Positions 9,249 through 17,690 of a stretch of DNA of 32,000 bases are shown here, in pieces. Position numbers and translations under genes: made by a program. The notes under the pieces are model-generated. The model was not told where the DNA came from. It did not search any database and was given only the letters and a program-made list of their open reading frames with translations. The stretch is from contig JBHLKY010000012.1 in the NCBI GenBank assembly GCA_048886185.1, positions 1 through 32,000 on the forward strand, written 5' to 3'. Numbering within the stretch: position 1 is the first letter of the stretch; each line of letters starts with the position of its first letter. This stretch comes from Candidatus Hermodarchaeota archaeon (lineage in GTDB: Archaea > Asgardarchaeota > Heimdallarchaeia > Hodarchaeales > Hodarchaeaceae).

Positions 9249-10391
9249 ATGCCTCTTCGTCAATCCCTTAAGGGAATTCGCATTTTGGATTTAACTAGTA
9301 ATCTTCCTGGACCCTTAGCGACTCAAATACTAGGTGATTTTGGTGCCGATGTAATAAAGATTGAATCACCTCGTGGAGATATTGTAAGAAACTATCCACC
9401 TTTCATAGCTTCAGAATCTCTTATTTTTCTATTACTTAATCGTAATAAACGATCTTTCGCAGTTGATCTTAAAACCAAAGAAGGAATAACTCTTTTTTAT
9501 GAATTAGTCAAAACATGCGATATAGTGGTAGAAGGATTTCGCCCTGGAACTGCTAAACGAATGAAGATCGACTATCACACGCTTAAAAATATAAAACAGG
9601 ACATTATTTACTGTTCGTTGATTGGATATGATACACATGACACAAGGTCTGGGCATGACCTGAATTATGTGGGGGAAACAGGAATTCTTCATATTACAGG
9701 ACAAAAAGAAACGCCTACCCCAATAGGGGTTCCTATTGCAGATATTGGTGGTGGTAGTTTACCAACAGTCATCTCTATCCTAGCTGCGTTACTTAACCGA
9801 AAAAGGAAATCCCAATATGTCCAGGTGAAAATGACTGAGCAATTAATACCTTGGTTGAGTGTTGCTGCAGCCAACTATCTAGCGGAAATAGGTGAACCAC
9901 AACGGGAAGAGCACATATTATCGGGTTATAATCCTTTCTATCGCCTTTATCGTACTAAAGATAATCGTTACATATCATTTGCACCATTGGAAGCAAAATT
10001 TTGGCACAATTTCTGTAATGCAATTGACAGAGAGGATCTTATCAGTAAGCAATTTGATTTTGATATTTGTAAAACTGAACTTCCAAAAATTTTTGTCCAA
10101 AAGACTTTATCGGAATGGACTGACTGGTTCCCCAAAAATGATGTTCCAGGAGCTCCTATCTTAACAGTTGGTGAAGCCTTAAGCGTCAAAACACGCATTA
10201 AAAACATAGTTCATCCAATAGCAGGAAAAATCCCCACATTTTCTTCCCCATTTCTTGATTATGATCATGGTGTTGTAATATGCCCCCCACCATTATTGGG
10301 ACAACATACAAAAGAAATTCTTGAGGAAATTGGATATATTAAGGAATTCAAGAGTCTAAAACATCAAAACATAGTATTTGCTTCAGATTGA
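9249..10391 (+). CDS. Family III CoA-transferase (CaiB/BaiF), alpha-methylacyl-CoA racemase-like subgroup
   Basis: LKGIRILDL..LPGP, LGDFGADVIKIE, LNRNKRS, EGFRPG, GHDLNY, ADIGGG. ATG 9249 is preferred over TTG 9186. Confidence 0.92.
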   Translation: MPLRQSLKGIRILDLTSNLPGPLATQILGDFGADVIKIESPRGDIVRNYPPFIASESLIFLLLNRNKRSFAVDLKTKEGITLFYELVKTCDIVVEGFRPGTAKRMKIDYHTLKNIKQDIIYCSLIGYDTHDTRSGHDLNYVGETGILHITGQKETPTPIGVPIADIGGGSLPTVISILAALLNRKRKSQYVQVKMTEQLIPWLSVAAANYLAEIGEPQREEHILSGYNPFYRLYRTKDNRYISFAPLEAKFWHNFCNAIDREDLISKQFDFDICKTELPKIFVQKTLSEWTDWFPKNDVPGAPILTVGEALSVKTRIKNIVHPIAGKIPTFSSPFLDYDHGVVICPPPLLGQHTKEILEEIGYIKEFKSLKHQNIVFASD

Positions 10392-10409
10392 AATCTTAAA
10401 AGTGAAAGT

Positions 10410-11333
10410 CTAAAATCCTTTTGGATCAATTCCAGAATCAAGAATTCCTTCCCTAGATACTAAACCATAAGCCATTCGGTTCGTATTGAAATAATATCCA
10501 ATTTCGCCTTGATTATTAATAATAATAATCCCTCCATAACCGTTGATATCCGCAATTCTATCAATAACAATTTTAGCAGCTACTTGGGGGGTATGTCCCT
10601 GTTGTACAAGATCAATGGCTAATTTAGCTGCATTTAATTTCATGAATGATTCACCATGGCCTGTAGAAGAGGCTGCAGCTACCTGATTAGCATAACCCCC
10701 ACTTCCTATAATGGAGCTATCTCCCAACCTTCCCACCATTTTGAATGGGGATCCACCTGTAGAGGTTGCAGAAGCTAAGTTACCCTTCATGTCAACAGCA
10801 ACAGCTCCAACAGTACCTTGTGAACTTGGAGTGAAAATATCTAATCCTTCCAGTCCTTTTTCCCATCGTTCTCGTTCTCGTGGTATAATTAATTCTTTGG
10901 GATCACAGCTTATTAACATTTCTTGTGAAAAGAGATCAGCTCCTCTCCCAACTAACATTATGGGAGATTGAGGTTTCTCTAATAATTTTCTTGCTAAAGA
11001 TATGGGATTTCGGCATGTACGAACGGCACCTATCGCCCCAGCATCCAATGTCCGTCCATCCATAATTAATGCGTCGAGTTCAACATACCCTTCTTTATTT
11101 AAGAAAGATCCTATTCCAGCATCGAATATTGGATTGTCTTCCATGAGAACAACTGCTTTTTCCACAGCATCGAGAGCACTCCCCTGCTGTGAAAGAATTT
11201 CATACCCCTTTTTGACAGCATTAGTAACCCCAGCTAGATGGCTGGATTTTAATTCATCTGGAATACTCCAAGCACCTCCATGGACAACGATAGCGGGTTT
11301 AATTGGATTTAGTAAGGAACTCTTTGATGTCAT
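10410..11333 (-). CDS. iaaA: Isoaspartyl peptidase/L-asparaginase (Ntn hydrolase)
   Basis: VVHGGAW, FDAG.GS, ELDALIMDG, nucleophile GTVGAVA, STGG, GRLGDS, TGHGE. ATG 11333 is preferred. Confidence 0.93.
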   Translation of the reverse strand: MTSKSSLLNPIKPAIVVHGGAWSIPDELKSSHLAGVTNAVKKGYEILSQQGSALDAVEKAVVLMEDNPIFDAGIGSFLNKEGYVELDALIMDGRTLDAGAIGAVRTCRNPISLARKLLEKPQSPIMLVGRGADLFSQEMLISCDPKELIIPRERERWEKGLEGLDIFTPSSQGTVGAVAVDMKGNLASATSTGGSPFKMVGRLGDSSIIGSGGYANQVAAASSTGHGESFMKLNAAKLAIDLVQQGHTPQVAAKIVIDRIADINGYGGIIIINNQGEIGYYFNTNRMAYGLVSREGILDSGIDPKGF

Positions 11334-11786
11334 TTTCGTTCTAAAGGTCAATATCACAAATAATTAAAGAAATTACTGTTCTCTAGATTATCATAGAATG
11401 CATTATTCTGAAGTTTATTATGCAATTAGAAGAATAACTACTCTTATTGGTTCAATAATGTAGTAAAATTATAAAAGATTCGTTACTACCATTGTCTAAT
11501 ATTATTTTTCATTATCACAGGTTGATAAAAGCGCTCTTACTTCTAAATGAGGATTGAATATTCAATTATTGTCAATTCAGAAAATTAATACTTTGACATC
11601 ACACAGAATAATGCTTATTTATTACTATTCATGTTTTTATGATCAAAGAGATGAATTGATGATGACCAATTCTAACAATCCACTAAAAATTGAAAAAATT
11701 AGGATCACACCTAAGAGATTCATTTATATTAAGCTCTGGAACCCTCATATCATTCTAAATGGGGAATTCATCGTTCTATAATCGAA

Positions 11787-12215
11787 TTGCAGGAAGCTAA
11801 GTTATCTGAAGATAAAAAGATTTCTTATGGCACCCCGATCCGTCTTCCCTGTGATGGAAGTTCAGCTCTTATCGCAGATCTTATAACTAACTATATAATT
11901 GACGGAAGACGACTGAATGATGAGTTTAAGGCGCATCAAGAGGAAATTTCCATATCTATACCAAAAACAGGGGAATCTAAACGTAGTAACGAATATTCTG
12001 GTATGACTTTGGAATCTTTACTCCTAGATGAGTTTAGCAATCAGAAATTGTCAAAAACAAAAATAATTTCTGGACTCTCAAGAAAAGGAATTGAAATAGA
12101 TAGGGAGGATTTACTCCAGTCACTCGAATCCTTAGCAGATCAAGGGAAGATAACAAAAGAGTTTGCTGTTCATTCAAGTTCAGGTACTCGTTACACTCTT
12201 TGGGGATTCTTTTAA
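11787..12215 (+). CDS. Hypothetical protein with C-terminal winged helix
   Basis: LESLLLDEF..LSKTKIISGL..IDREDLLQSLESLADQGKITK..RYTL is a wHTH pattern; TTG start. Confidence 0.7.
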   Translation: MQEAKLSEDKKISYGTPIRLPCDGSSALIADLITNYIIDGRRLNDEFKAHQEEISISIPKTGESKRSNEYSGMTLESLLLDEFSNQKLSKTKIISGLSRKGIEIDREDLLQSLESLADQGKITKEFAVHSSSGTRYTLWGFF

Positions 12216-12445
12216 TTCTGTTTAGATCGAAAAACACTAGCTATCTTACAAGTATTCTTGTTCTTATTTTCCTTCTATCAAGGCATTTATGGGTCAAAAT
12301 TTATAGATATTAAAGAAGAATATCAATATACCCTAATGAATTAGTAAACTCAATTTATAGTATAGAAAAACCTAGTGTTCTTTGGTAAAGTGACTCTAAT
12401 CCCCAAAGAATAGAATTTAAGAGAGAGCATTAAAGTAAAATCTAG

Positions 12446-12465
12446 GATAATAAATTTCTATTATC
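12446..12465. promoter_or_regulatory. Palindromic site GATAATA-N6-TATTATC, candidate transcription-factor operator
   Basis: Perfect 7-bp inverted repeat nested in CTAGGATA...TATCCTAG (12442-12477), just upstream of a TATA-like box. Confidence 0.4.
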
Positions 12466-12480
12466 TATATATCCTAGTAA

Positions 12481-12488
12481 TATAAATA
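12481..12488 (+). promoter_or_regulatory. Candidate archaeal TATA box for the Roadblock gene cluster
   Basis: TATAAATA about 70 nt upstream of the probable TTG start at 12559. Confidence 0.4.
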
Positions 12489-12558
12489 TGAAGACATTTT
12501 TTGTAACTTGAAGTGTAGTCTTTTCATCTCTTACTTTGTACACAAGGAGCCGTCAAGA

Positions 12559-12948
12559 TTGGACGAACAAATAAAGAATGAGCTGCGTACTATTTTAGAA
12601 GATGTCTTCCAAAAGAATTCACAGGTACAAATGATCTCCTTAATAACTCCTGAAGGTCTTCCCATCTTAACATATAACCGTGATTCCGAAAGTGGGCCCT
12701 CCGAAATTACAGATTCAGGGATCCTGAATAGATATGCAGCTCTTGCAGGAGCGAGTACATCTTTAGGAGACCGCACACTTTCAACTCTTTCTGAAGAAAA
12801 AGTTCGTCTAATTCATGTTCAAGGAAAAACTAAAGATATAGCTATAGCTGTTTCTCCGCATCTAATCTCTTTGGTTGTAACTGTCCCCTCTGGAAGTCCA
12901 AACATTCTTGCGGAAAAATTAAATTCTGAATTAAAAGCAAAATTATAA
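12559..12948 (+). CDS. Roadblock/LC7 (MglB/LAMTOR-like) domain protein
   Basis: ISLITPEGLPI, YAALAGASTSLGDRTL, RLIHVQG..IAIAV..ISLVV. TTG 12559 has AAGGAG 9 nt upstream (the ORF track starts at TTG 12508). Confidence 0.88.
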   Translation: MDEQIKNELRTILEDVFQKNSQVQMISLITPEGLPILTYNRDSESGPSEITDSGILNRYAALAGASTSLGDRTLSTLSEEKVRLIHVQGKTKDIAIAVSPHLISLVVTVPSGSPNILAEKLNSELKAKL

Positions 12949-12966
12949 TTAAGAGTTGAATTCTTT

Positions 12967-14922
12967 ATGGATCCTCATCAATGGTTCGATTTAATGAAAG
13001 AAGCTCTAAGTTTAGTTGAATCTGAAGTGGATAACTCTCAATTTGAATTAATGCTCTTAATTCAGCCAGCTGCGGAAATTCAAACTTTTTCTACTTCTAA
13101 GAACCAAGAAGATGTGAAAAACACTACTTTAGTTGGACAAGCATGGAATAGCATTATTGGTACTTTAACTAATGAACTTCAATTGGGGACCTGGAATTCT
13201 CTTACTATAAAGAGTCACAATAAGGTATTTACAATGTACTCTATTGGTTTCGATGTAAATCTTATACTTATATCGGAAGCTGCTATAGACTCTTTAGATG
13301 TCCTAAAGGTAATTCTAAAATTCATTTTCAAAATTGGTTATCAGAAAAAATATGAAACAGTAGGACTAGTATCCTCAGAAGGCTTTCCAGTTTGGCTTAC
13401 TTCTATAGAAGAAATGGATGATTTTCTCTTTGCGATTTCAATTACTTCGCTTCTTTCTCTAGTAGAACGTATAGATTATGAGGTTTCTGCTGGTGGAATA
13501 GGCGCTTGTATCCTCCAAGGAACTGAAAATTTACTATTAAATGTTGCTTTTAATCCTTCACAAGATTTAGCTCTCGCGGTGACACAACAAGGCACAAACT
13601 TAGATGAAGTAGCTCTTGATCCAGAATTGAGTTCATTTTATCAAAAAATTGTAGATCCTCTAATCTATAGCGCATTCGTACCTGAGATTATTGATGAAGA
13701 TCGAGAACGGATGCTAGAAGAAATTCGTCAAGCTTTTGAGGGTGAGACAACAGATGAAGAGATTGAAACTCTAAGTGCATTCAACACCGAAATGCTCCAA
13801 TCTCTTGAAAATGAAATTAAGACAGTTGCTAAAAAATATGGAGCAAATGAAATATCTATAGGATATCTTCGTAAAAGAATGAGGTTACCTTCCGAAGTCC
13901 TCTCTATGGCTTTAGAATATCTCATTGAAGAAGGAGCGATCAGTGGAAAGGTTGGAAAGGATCGTGTATCAGGACATGAAATATTAGTCTTAGATTCAAG
14001 AGTTGATATTAGTAAGGAAGATGAAGAAAAATTAAAAATTATTAAAACTCAAATTGATGATCTTTTTTCACCAATTAAACCCTTTCTTATACAATTGCCT
14101 GAGATTCAACCAGTAAAAAAAGCTGTTCAGGAAGGTATAACCGAAGCTTTAGGGGAATTTCAGATAATGATTACTCTATCTGATACTGACCCTCTATACT
14201 TATTGGCTAATGATTTACGAATTGTAGGGACACACCTAGAAAGTTCTGTGAAAACATTGAAACTAGTGAAAAACCAGCTGTCAGAAACAGATCAAGAGGA
14301 TGTTCTTCGAAATGAGTTAGAACGTCGACACAATAATTTAACTGAGAGAATTCATGAACAAAAATTAACAGCCATTGGGAAAATTACCCGGTTTTATGGA
14401 GATCTTCTAAACTCTTATCGCTTACTTTTTCGATTACTTCCCCTACCAGCTACATTTAGAAGATCTAAGAGTAGGAAAAAAGCTATCATTATTTTCAAAT
14501 GCGAGGCGAATACTTGCGATGAAACTTTCCGAATACAAGATAATCCGTCTACATGGGTTAAATTACGCGTTTTTGCAAGAGTTCTTGGCATTCAGGAGGA
14601 TTTTCCTAAAAAAACTACACCTAGTGTCTCCAAATTAAGAAAAAATTTGGCAAATCGTCTTAACAAACTTACCACTTTATTGAGAAAAGCAGAAGAGAGA
14701 ATAGACTTTCTACCTGAAGATTTTCTTATTATAGAAAACATGGAAGAGCTATTAATCACAAATACTCAAAGAGACAATGCGATCAACACCCTCCGAAAGG
14801 GTATATTTAAACGAGGTACTGTAAAGAAAGACTTCTATTCGCTTTACACACAATGTAACTCCTGTAACAGATGGTATTGTCCAAATCATATGGCAACAAC
14901 TAATAAATGTAAATATTGTTGA
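12967..14922 (+). CDS. Multidomain protein: two Roadblock domains, PCI-like winged helix, coiled coil, split cross-brace Zn finger
   Basis: Roadblock 1 at aa ~1-125; Roadblock 2 (VGLVSSEGFPV...SITSLLSLVERI) at aa ~126-230; EISIGYLRKRMRLPSEVLSMALEYLIEEGAISGKV; CEANTC plus C-terminal CNSCNRWYCPNH..KCKYC. Confidence 0.8.
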   Translation: MDPHQWFDLMKEALSLVESEVDNSQFELMLLIQPAAEIQTFSTSKNQEDVKNTTLVGQAWNSIIGTLTNELQLGTWNSLTIKSHNKVFTMYSIGFDVNLILISEAAIDSLDVLKVILKFIFKIGYQKKYETVGLVSSEGFPVWLTSIEEMDDFLFAISITSLLSLVERIDYEVSAGGIGACILQGTENLLLNVAFNPSQDLALAVTQQGTNLDEVALDPELSSFYQKIVDPLIYSAFVPEIIDEDRERMLEEIRQAFEGETTDEEIETLSAFNTEMLQSLENEIKTVAKKYGANEISIGYLRKRMRLPSEVLSMALEYLIEEGAISGKVGKDRVSGHEILVLDSRVDISKEDEEKLKIIKTQIDDLFSPIKPFLIQLPEIQPVKKAVQEGITEALGEFQIMITLSDTDPLYLLANDLRIVGTHLESSVKTLKLVKNQLSETDQEDVLRNELERRHNNLTERIHEQKLTAIGKITRFYGDLLNSYRLLFRLLPLPATFRRSKSRKKAIIIFKCEANTCDETFRIQDNPSTWVKLRVFARVLGIQEDFPKKTTPSVSKLRKNLANRLNKLTTLLRKAEERIDFLPEDFLIIENMEELLITNTQRDNAINTLRKGIFKRGTVKKDFYSLYTQCNSCNRWYCPNHMATTNKCKYC

Positions 14923-14952
14923 TATATCTAATTGGAATAGGGGACACAATGG

Positions 14953-15744
14953 ATGAAACTAGTGGTAGGAATCGATATAGGTTCGTTAACAGCAAAAATT
15001 GTTGTTCTAGCGATTCCCAACAGATCAAAGGACGAAATCGAGCAGAAATATTCCTTTATTAAACGCGTAGGTTATAATCCAGCGGGGATTGCCATTGATC
15101 TTATAAATAGTGCAAAAAAGTCTATAGGGGTAGAAAATTTTTCCTATATGATCTCTACTGGTTATGGGAGAAAATTAGTTGAGAATGCTGACGAGAGAAT
15201 AACTGAGATTACATGTCATGCTACAGGAGCCTTTTTTATCAATCCTGATATTCGAACAATAATTGATATTGGAGGACAAGATTCCAAAGTAATTCAAATA
15301 AATGAAAAAGGTCAAATTCAAGATTTCGAGATGAATGATAAATGTAGTGCAGGGACAGGACGCTTCTTGGAAGTCATGGCTAATGCTTTAGAAGTAGAAC
15401 TGTCAGAATTTGGTAATCAAGCCCTAATTTCTACAAATCCAGCTTCTATATCAAGTATATGCACTGTATTTGCAGAATCAGAAGTAATTTCTCGTCTGAA
15501 TCAAGGAGCTAATAGAGTTGATATTATTGCCGGAATTCACAAAACAATTGCCAATAAAATTACTGCATTAGCAGCCCGAGTAGGAATCAAACCATTAATA
15601 GCCTTAACAGGTGGAGTTGCTTTAAATCCAGGAGTGAGAAAAATGCTTGAAAAAAACTTCAACTTACCTATTGAGGTTCCTGTGCATCCCCAAATGATTG
15701 GAGCATTAGGTGCTGCTTTGTTAGCATCTAAAAATCTAGTATAG
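14953..15744 (+). CDS. 2-hydroxyacyl-CoA dehydratase activase (HgdC/HadI; BcrAD/BadFG ATPase family)
   Basis: GIDIGS..K, TGYGR, EITCH, DIGGQDSK, MNDKCSAGTGRFLE, SSICTVFAESE (both [4Fe-4S] Cys present), TGGVA.N. Confidence 0.93.
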   Translation: MKLVVGIDIGSLTAKIVVLAIPNRSKDEIEQKYSFIKRVGYNPAGIAIDLINSAKKSIGVENFSYMISTGYGRKLVENADERITEITCHATGAFFINPDIRTIIDIGGQDSKVIQINEKGQIQDFEMNDKCSAGTGRFLEVMANALEVELSEFGNQALISTNPASISSICTVFAESEVISRLNQGANRVDIIAGIHKTIANKITALAARVGIKPLIALTGGVALNPGVRKMLEKNFNLPIEVPVHPQMIGALGAALLASKNLV

Positions 15745-15764
15745 TTCTAAATAGAGGAATATTA

Positions 15765-16739
15765 TTGTCCAATGTTTACAAAGATTTGACAATTTTAGAT
15801 GTGAAAGAAACACTCAGGCAGATACGACCTTATGTGATTAATACGCCATTAATTAGGTCTTATTATTTAGAAAAACAGATTGGAAAGGAGATATACTTAA
15901 AACTAGAGTATTTACAACCAACACGATCATTTAAAGTTCGTGGAGCTTGCTCAAAGGCATTATCATTAGAGAAAAAAGAACTATCAAAGGGATTAGTTAC
16001 CGCATCTGGCGGAAATCATGGATTGGGAGTATGTTATGCCGGAAGAGAACTCAAAACTCCAGTTATTGTCTTTCTTCCAATAAATACCGCTAAAGAGAAA
16101 GTAACTTCAATACAGCAATGGAGAGGGAAGACAATTTTATTTGGTGAAGCTTGGGATGAGGCAAATCTTAAAGCACAACAATACGCACAAGAGAATGATT
16201 TAACATATATTCACCCGTTTGATGATATAACTGTGGTTAGAGGTCAGGGAACTATAGCAATCGAAATACTAGAGCAAAATCCCTATCTCGATGCAATTGT
16301 GGCTTCAGTTGGAGGAGGAGGTTTGATTAGTGGAGTTGGGGTTGTCTCAAGACAAATGAAACCAGAAATTAAAGTTTGGGGAGTTGAAACAATTGGATGT
16401 GATGCCGTGACACAAAGTTACAGGTTAGGTCATCCTGTCACTTTACCTGCTATTACAAGTATTGCAGACACATTAGGGGCAAAGAGAACAACAGAAGCAA
16501 CCCTAAGCAGAATTAAAGCCGTTGTAAATGATATGCAAACTGTTACTGACAAAGAAGCTTTAGATGCTTTACAGTTACTTTTAGAAAAAGAAAAAATTCT
16601 TGTAGAACCCGCTACTTCATGTTCTGTTGCTGCCTTACTACAAAATAAGTTTGAATTATCAGATGTAGAAAAAATTTGCATCATTTTGTGCGGTGCAAAT
16701 GTTTCCCTTAGACAACTAAGAGAGTGGGGAGTGCTTTGA
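15765..16739 (+). CDS. PLP-dependent threonine/serine dehydratase (catabolic type, no ACT domain)
   Basis: LKLEYLQPTRSFKVRGA (PLP Lys), ASGGNHG, IHPFDD...GQGT, VGGGGLISG, VEPA; TTG start with GAGGA upstream. Confidence 0.92.
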   Translation: MSNVYKDLTILDVKETLRQIRPYVINTPLIRSYYLEKQIGKEIYLKLEYLQPTRSFKVRGACSKALSLEKKELSKGLVTASGGNHGLGVCYAGRELKTPVIVFLPINTAKEKVTSIQQWRGKTILFGEAWDEANLKAQQYAQENDLTYIHPFDDITVVRGQGTIAIEILEQNPYLDAIVASVGGGGLISGVGVVSRQMKPEIKVWGVETIGCDAVTQSYRLGHPVTLPAITSIADTLGAKRTTEATLSRIKAVVNDMQTVTDKEALDALQLLLEKEKILVEPATSCSVAALLQNKFELSDVEKICIILCGANVSLRQLREWGVL

Positions 16740-16818
16740 GCTTTGAAAATTTACTCCTAGTATTTATAATCTTAAACCTGACGGAAGGTTGTGAACAATT
16801 CATAGGAGAAAAGCAATA

Positions 16819-17334
16819 TTGGATGCGTTAGAACTATTAAAAAGTCGTAGAAGTATTCGAAAGTATAAATCAACCCCAGTAGAGCCTGAAAAAATTGAGA
16901 AATGTCTAGAGGCTGCTCAATGGAGTCCCTCTGCCAGCAATAAACAACCTTGGGAATTTCTGATCGTAACGGATGAAGATAAGAGAAAAAAATTAGCTAT
17001 TTTCCATCCTTATGGGAAATTTGTAGCAGAAAGCCCAGTAGTTTTCATTCCTTTAACCAATCCTAAGGTTCATCCCAAATATCATCAATCTGATACTGCC
17101 TTAGCTACCTTACAATTCATAATTGAAGCTCATTCCTTAGGTTTGGGAACTTGTTGGGCAGGGGTCATAGGAACAAACTTTGAAAACAAAATTAAGGATT
17201 TATTAAATATCCCTGAGCATCTAAGAGTACTTGCACTCGTGGCTGTTGGATATGCTAATGAAACTCCTAGTTCTAATCGAAAACCTATTGAGAGCTTAGT
17301 CCATAAAGAATCATACATTCGTCATTATTCCTAA
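16819..17334 (+). CDS. Nitroreductase family protein
   Basis: RRSIRKY, AAQWSPSASNKQPWEF, AHSLGLGTCW, VAVGY; TTTATAA at 16763-16769 suggests its own promoter. Confidence 0.93.
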   Translation: MDALELLKSRRSIRKYKSTPVEPEKIEKCLEAAQWSPSASNKQPWEFLIVTDEDKRKKLAIFHPYGKFVAESPVVFIPLTNPKVHPKYHQSDTALATLQFIIEAHSLGLGTCWAGVIGTNFENKIKDLLNIPEHLRVLALVAVGYANETPSSNRKPIESLVHKESYIRHYS

Positions 17335-17690
17335 AATTACTTTTTCAGTTCACCAATAAATGTCAAATCCCCTCCTTCTTGTTCTCCTTCCTTTAATATT
17401 TTTTATACTAGTAGAATTTTAATTTTTCAATAATTCTTGCATGATAGGGCGTTTTTTCAATCTCTGTAATGCATATGTGATTTTTTAAGATGATTTGGAT
17501 ATAGATTTTCTTTTGGAATTTGAAAATTCCCAATTCTTTCTCTGTTTTAAAGGTTCTATCCTCACAAAATGGTCAAAATAGCTGATTATTATATAATATT
17601 TTGATTTTAATAAAAAATGCAAATCACCAAATAATTTATATGCTAAATATTAGAAAAAATGATTAATTTTGACAAAAAAAGTAAAAAAAC

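Noticed and set aside
11554-11781. 75-aa ORF upstream of the wHTH gene
   Set aside because: TTG start, very AT-rich, no motif; probably promoter DNA.
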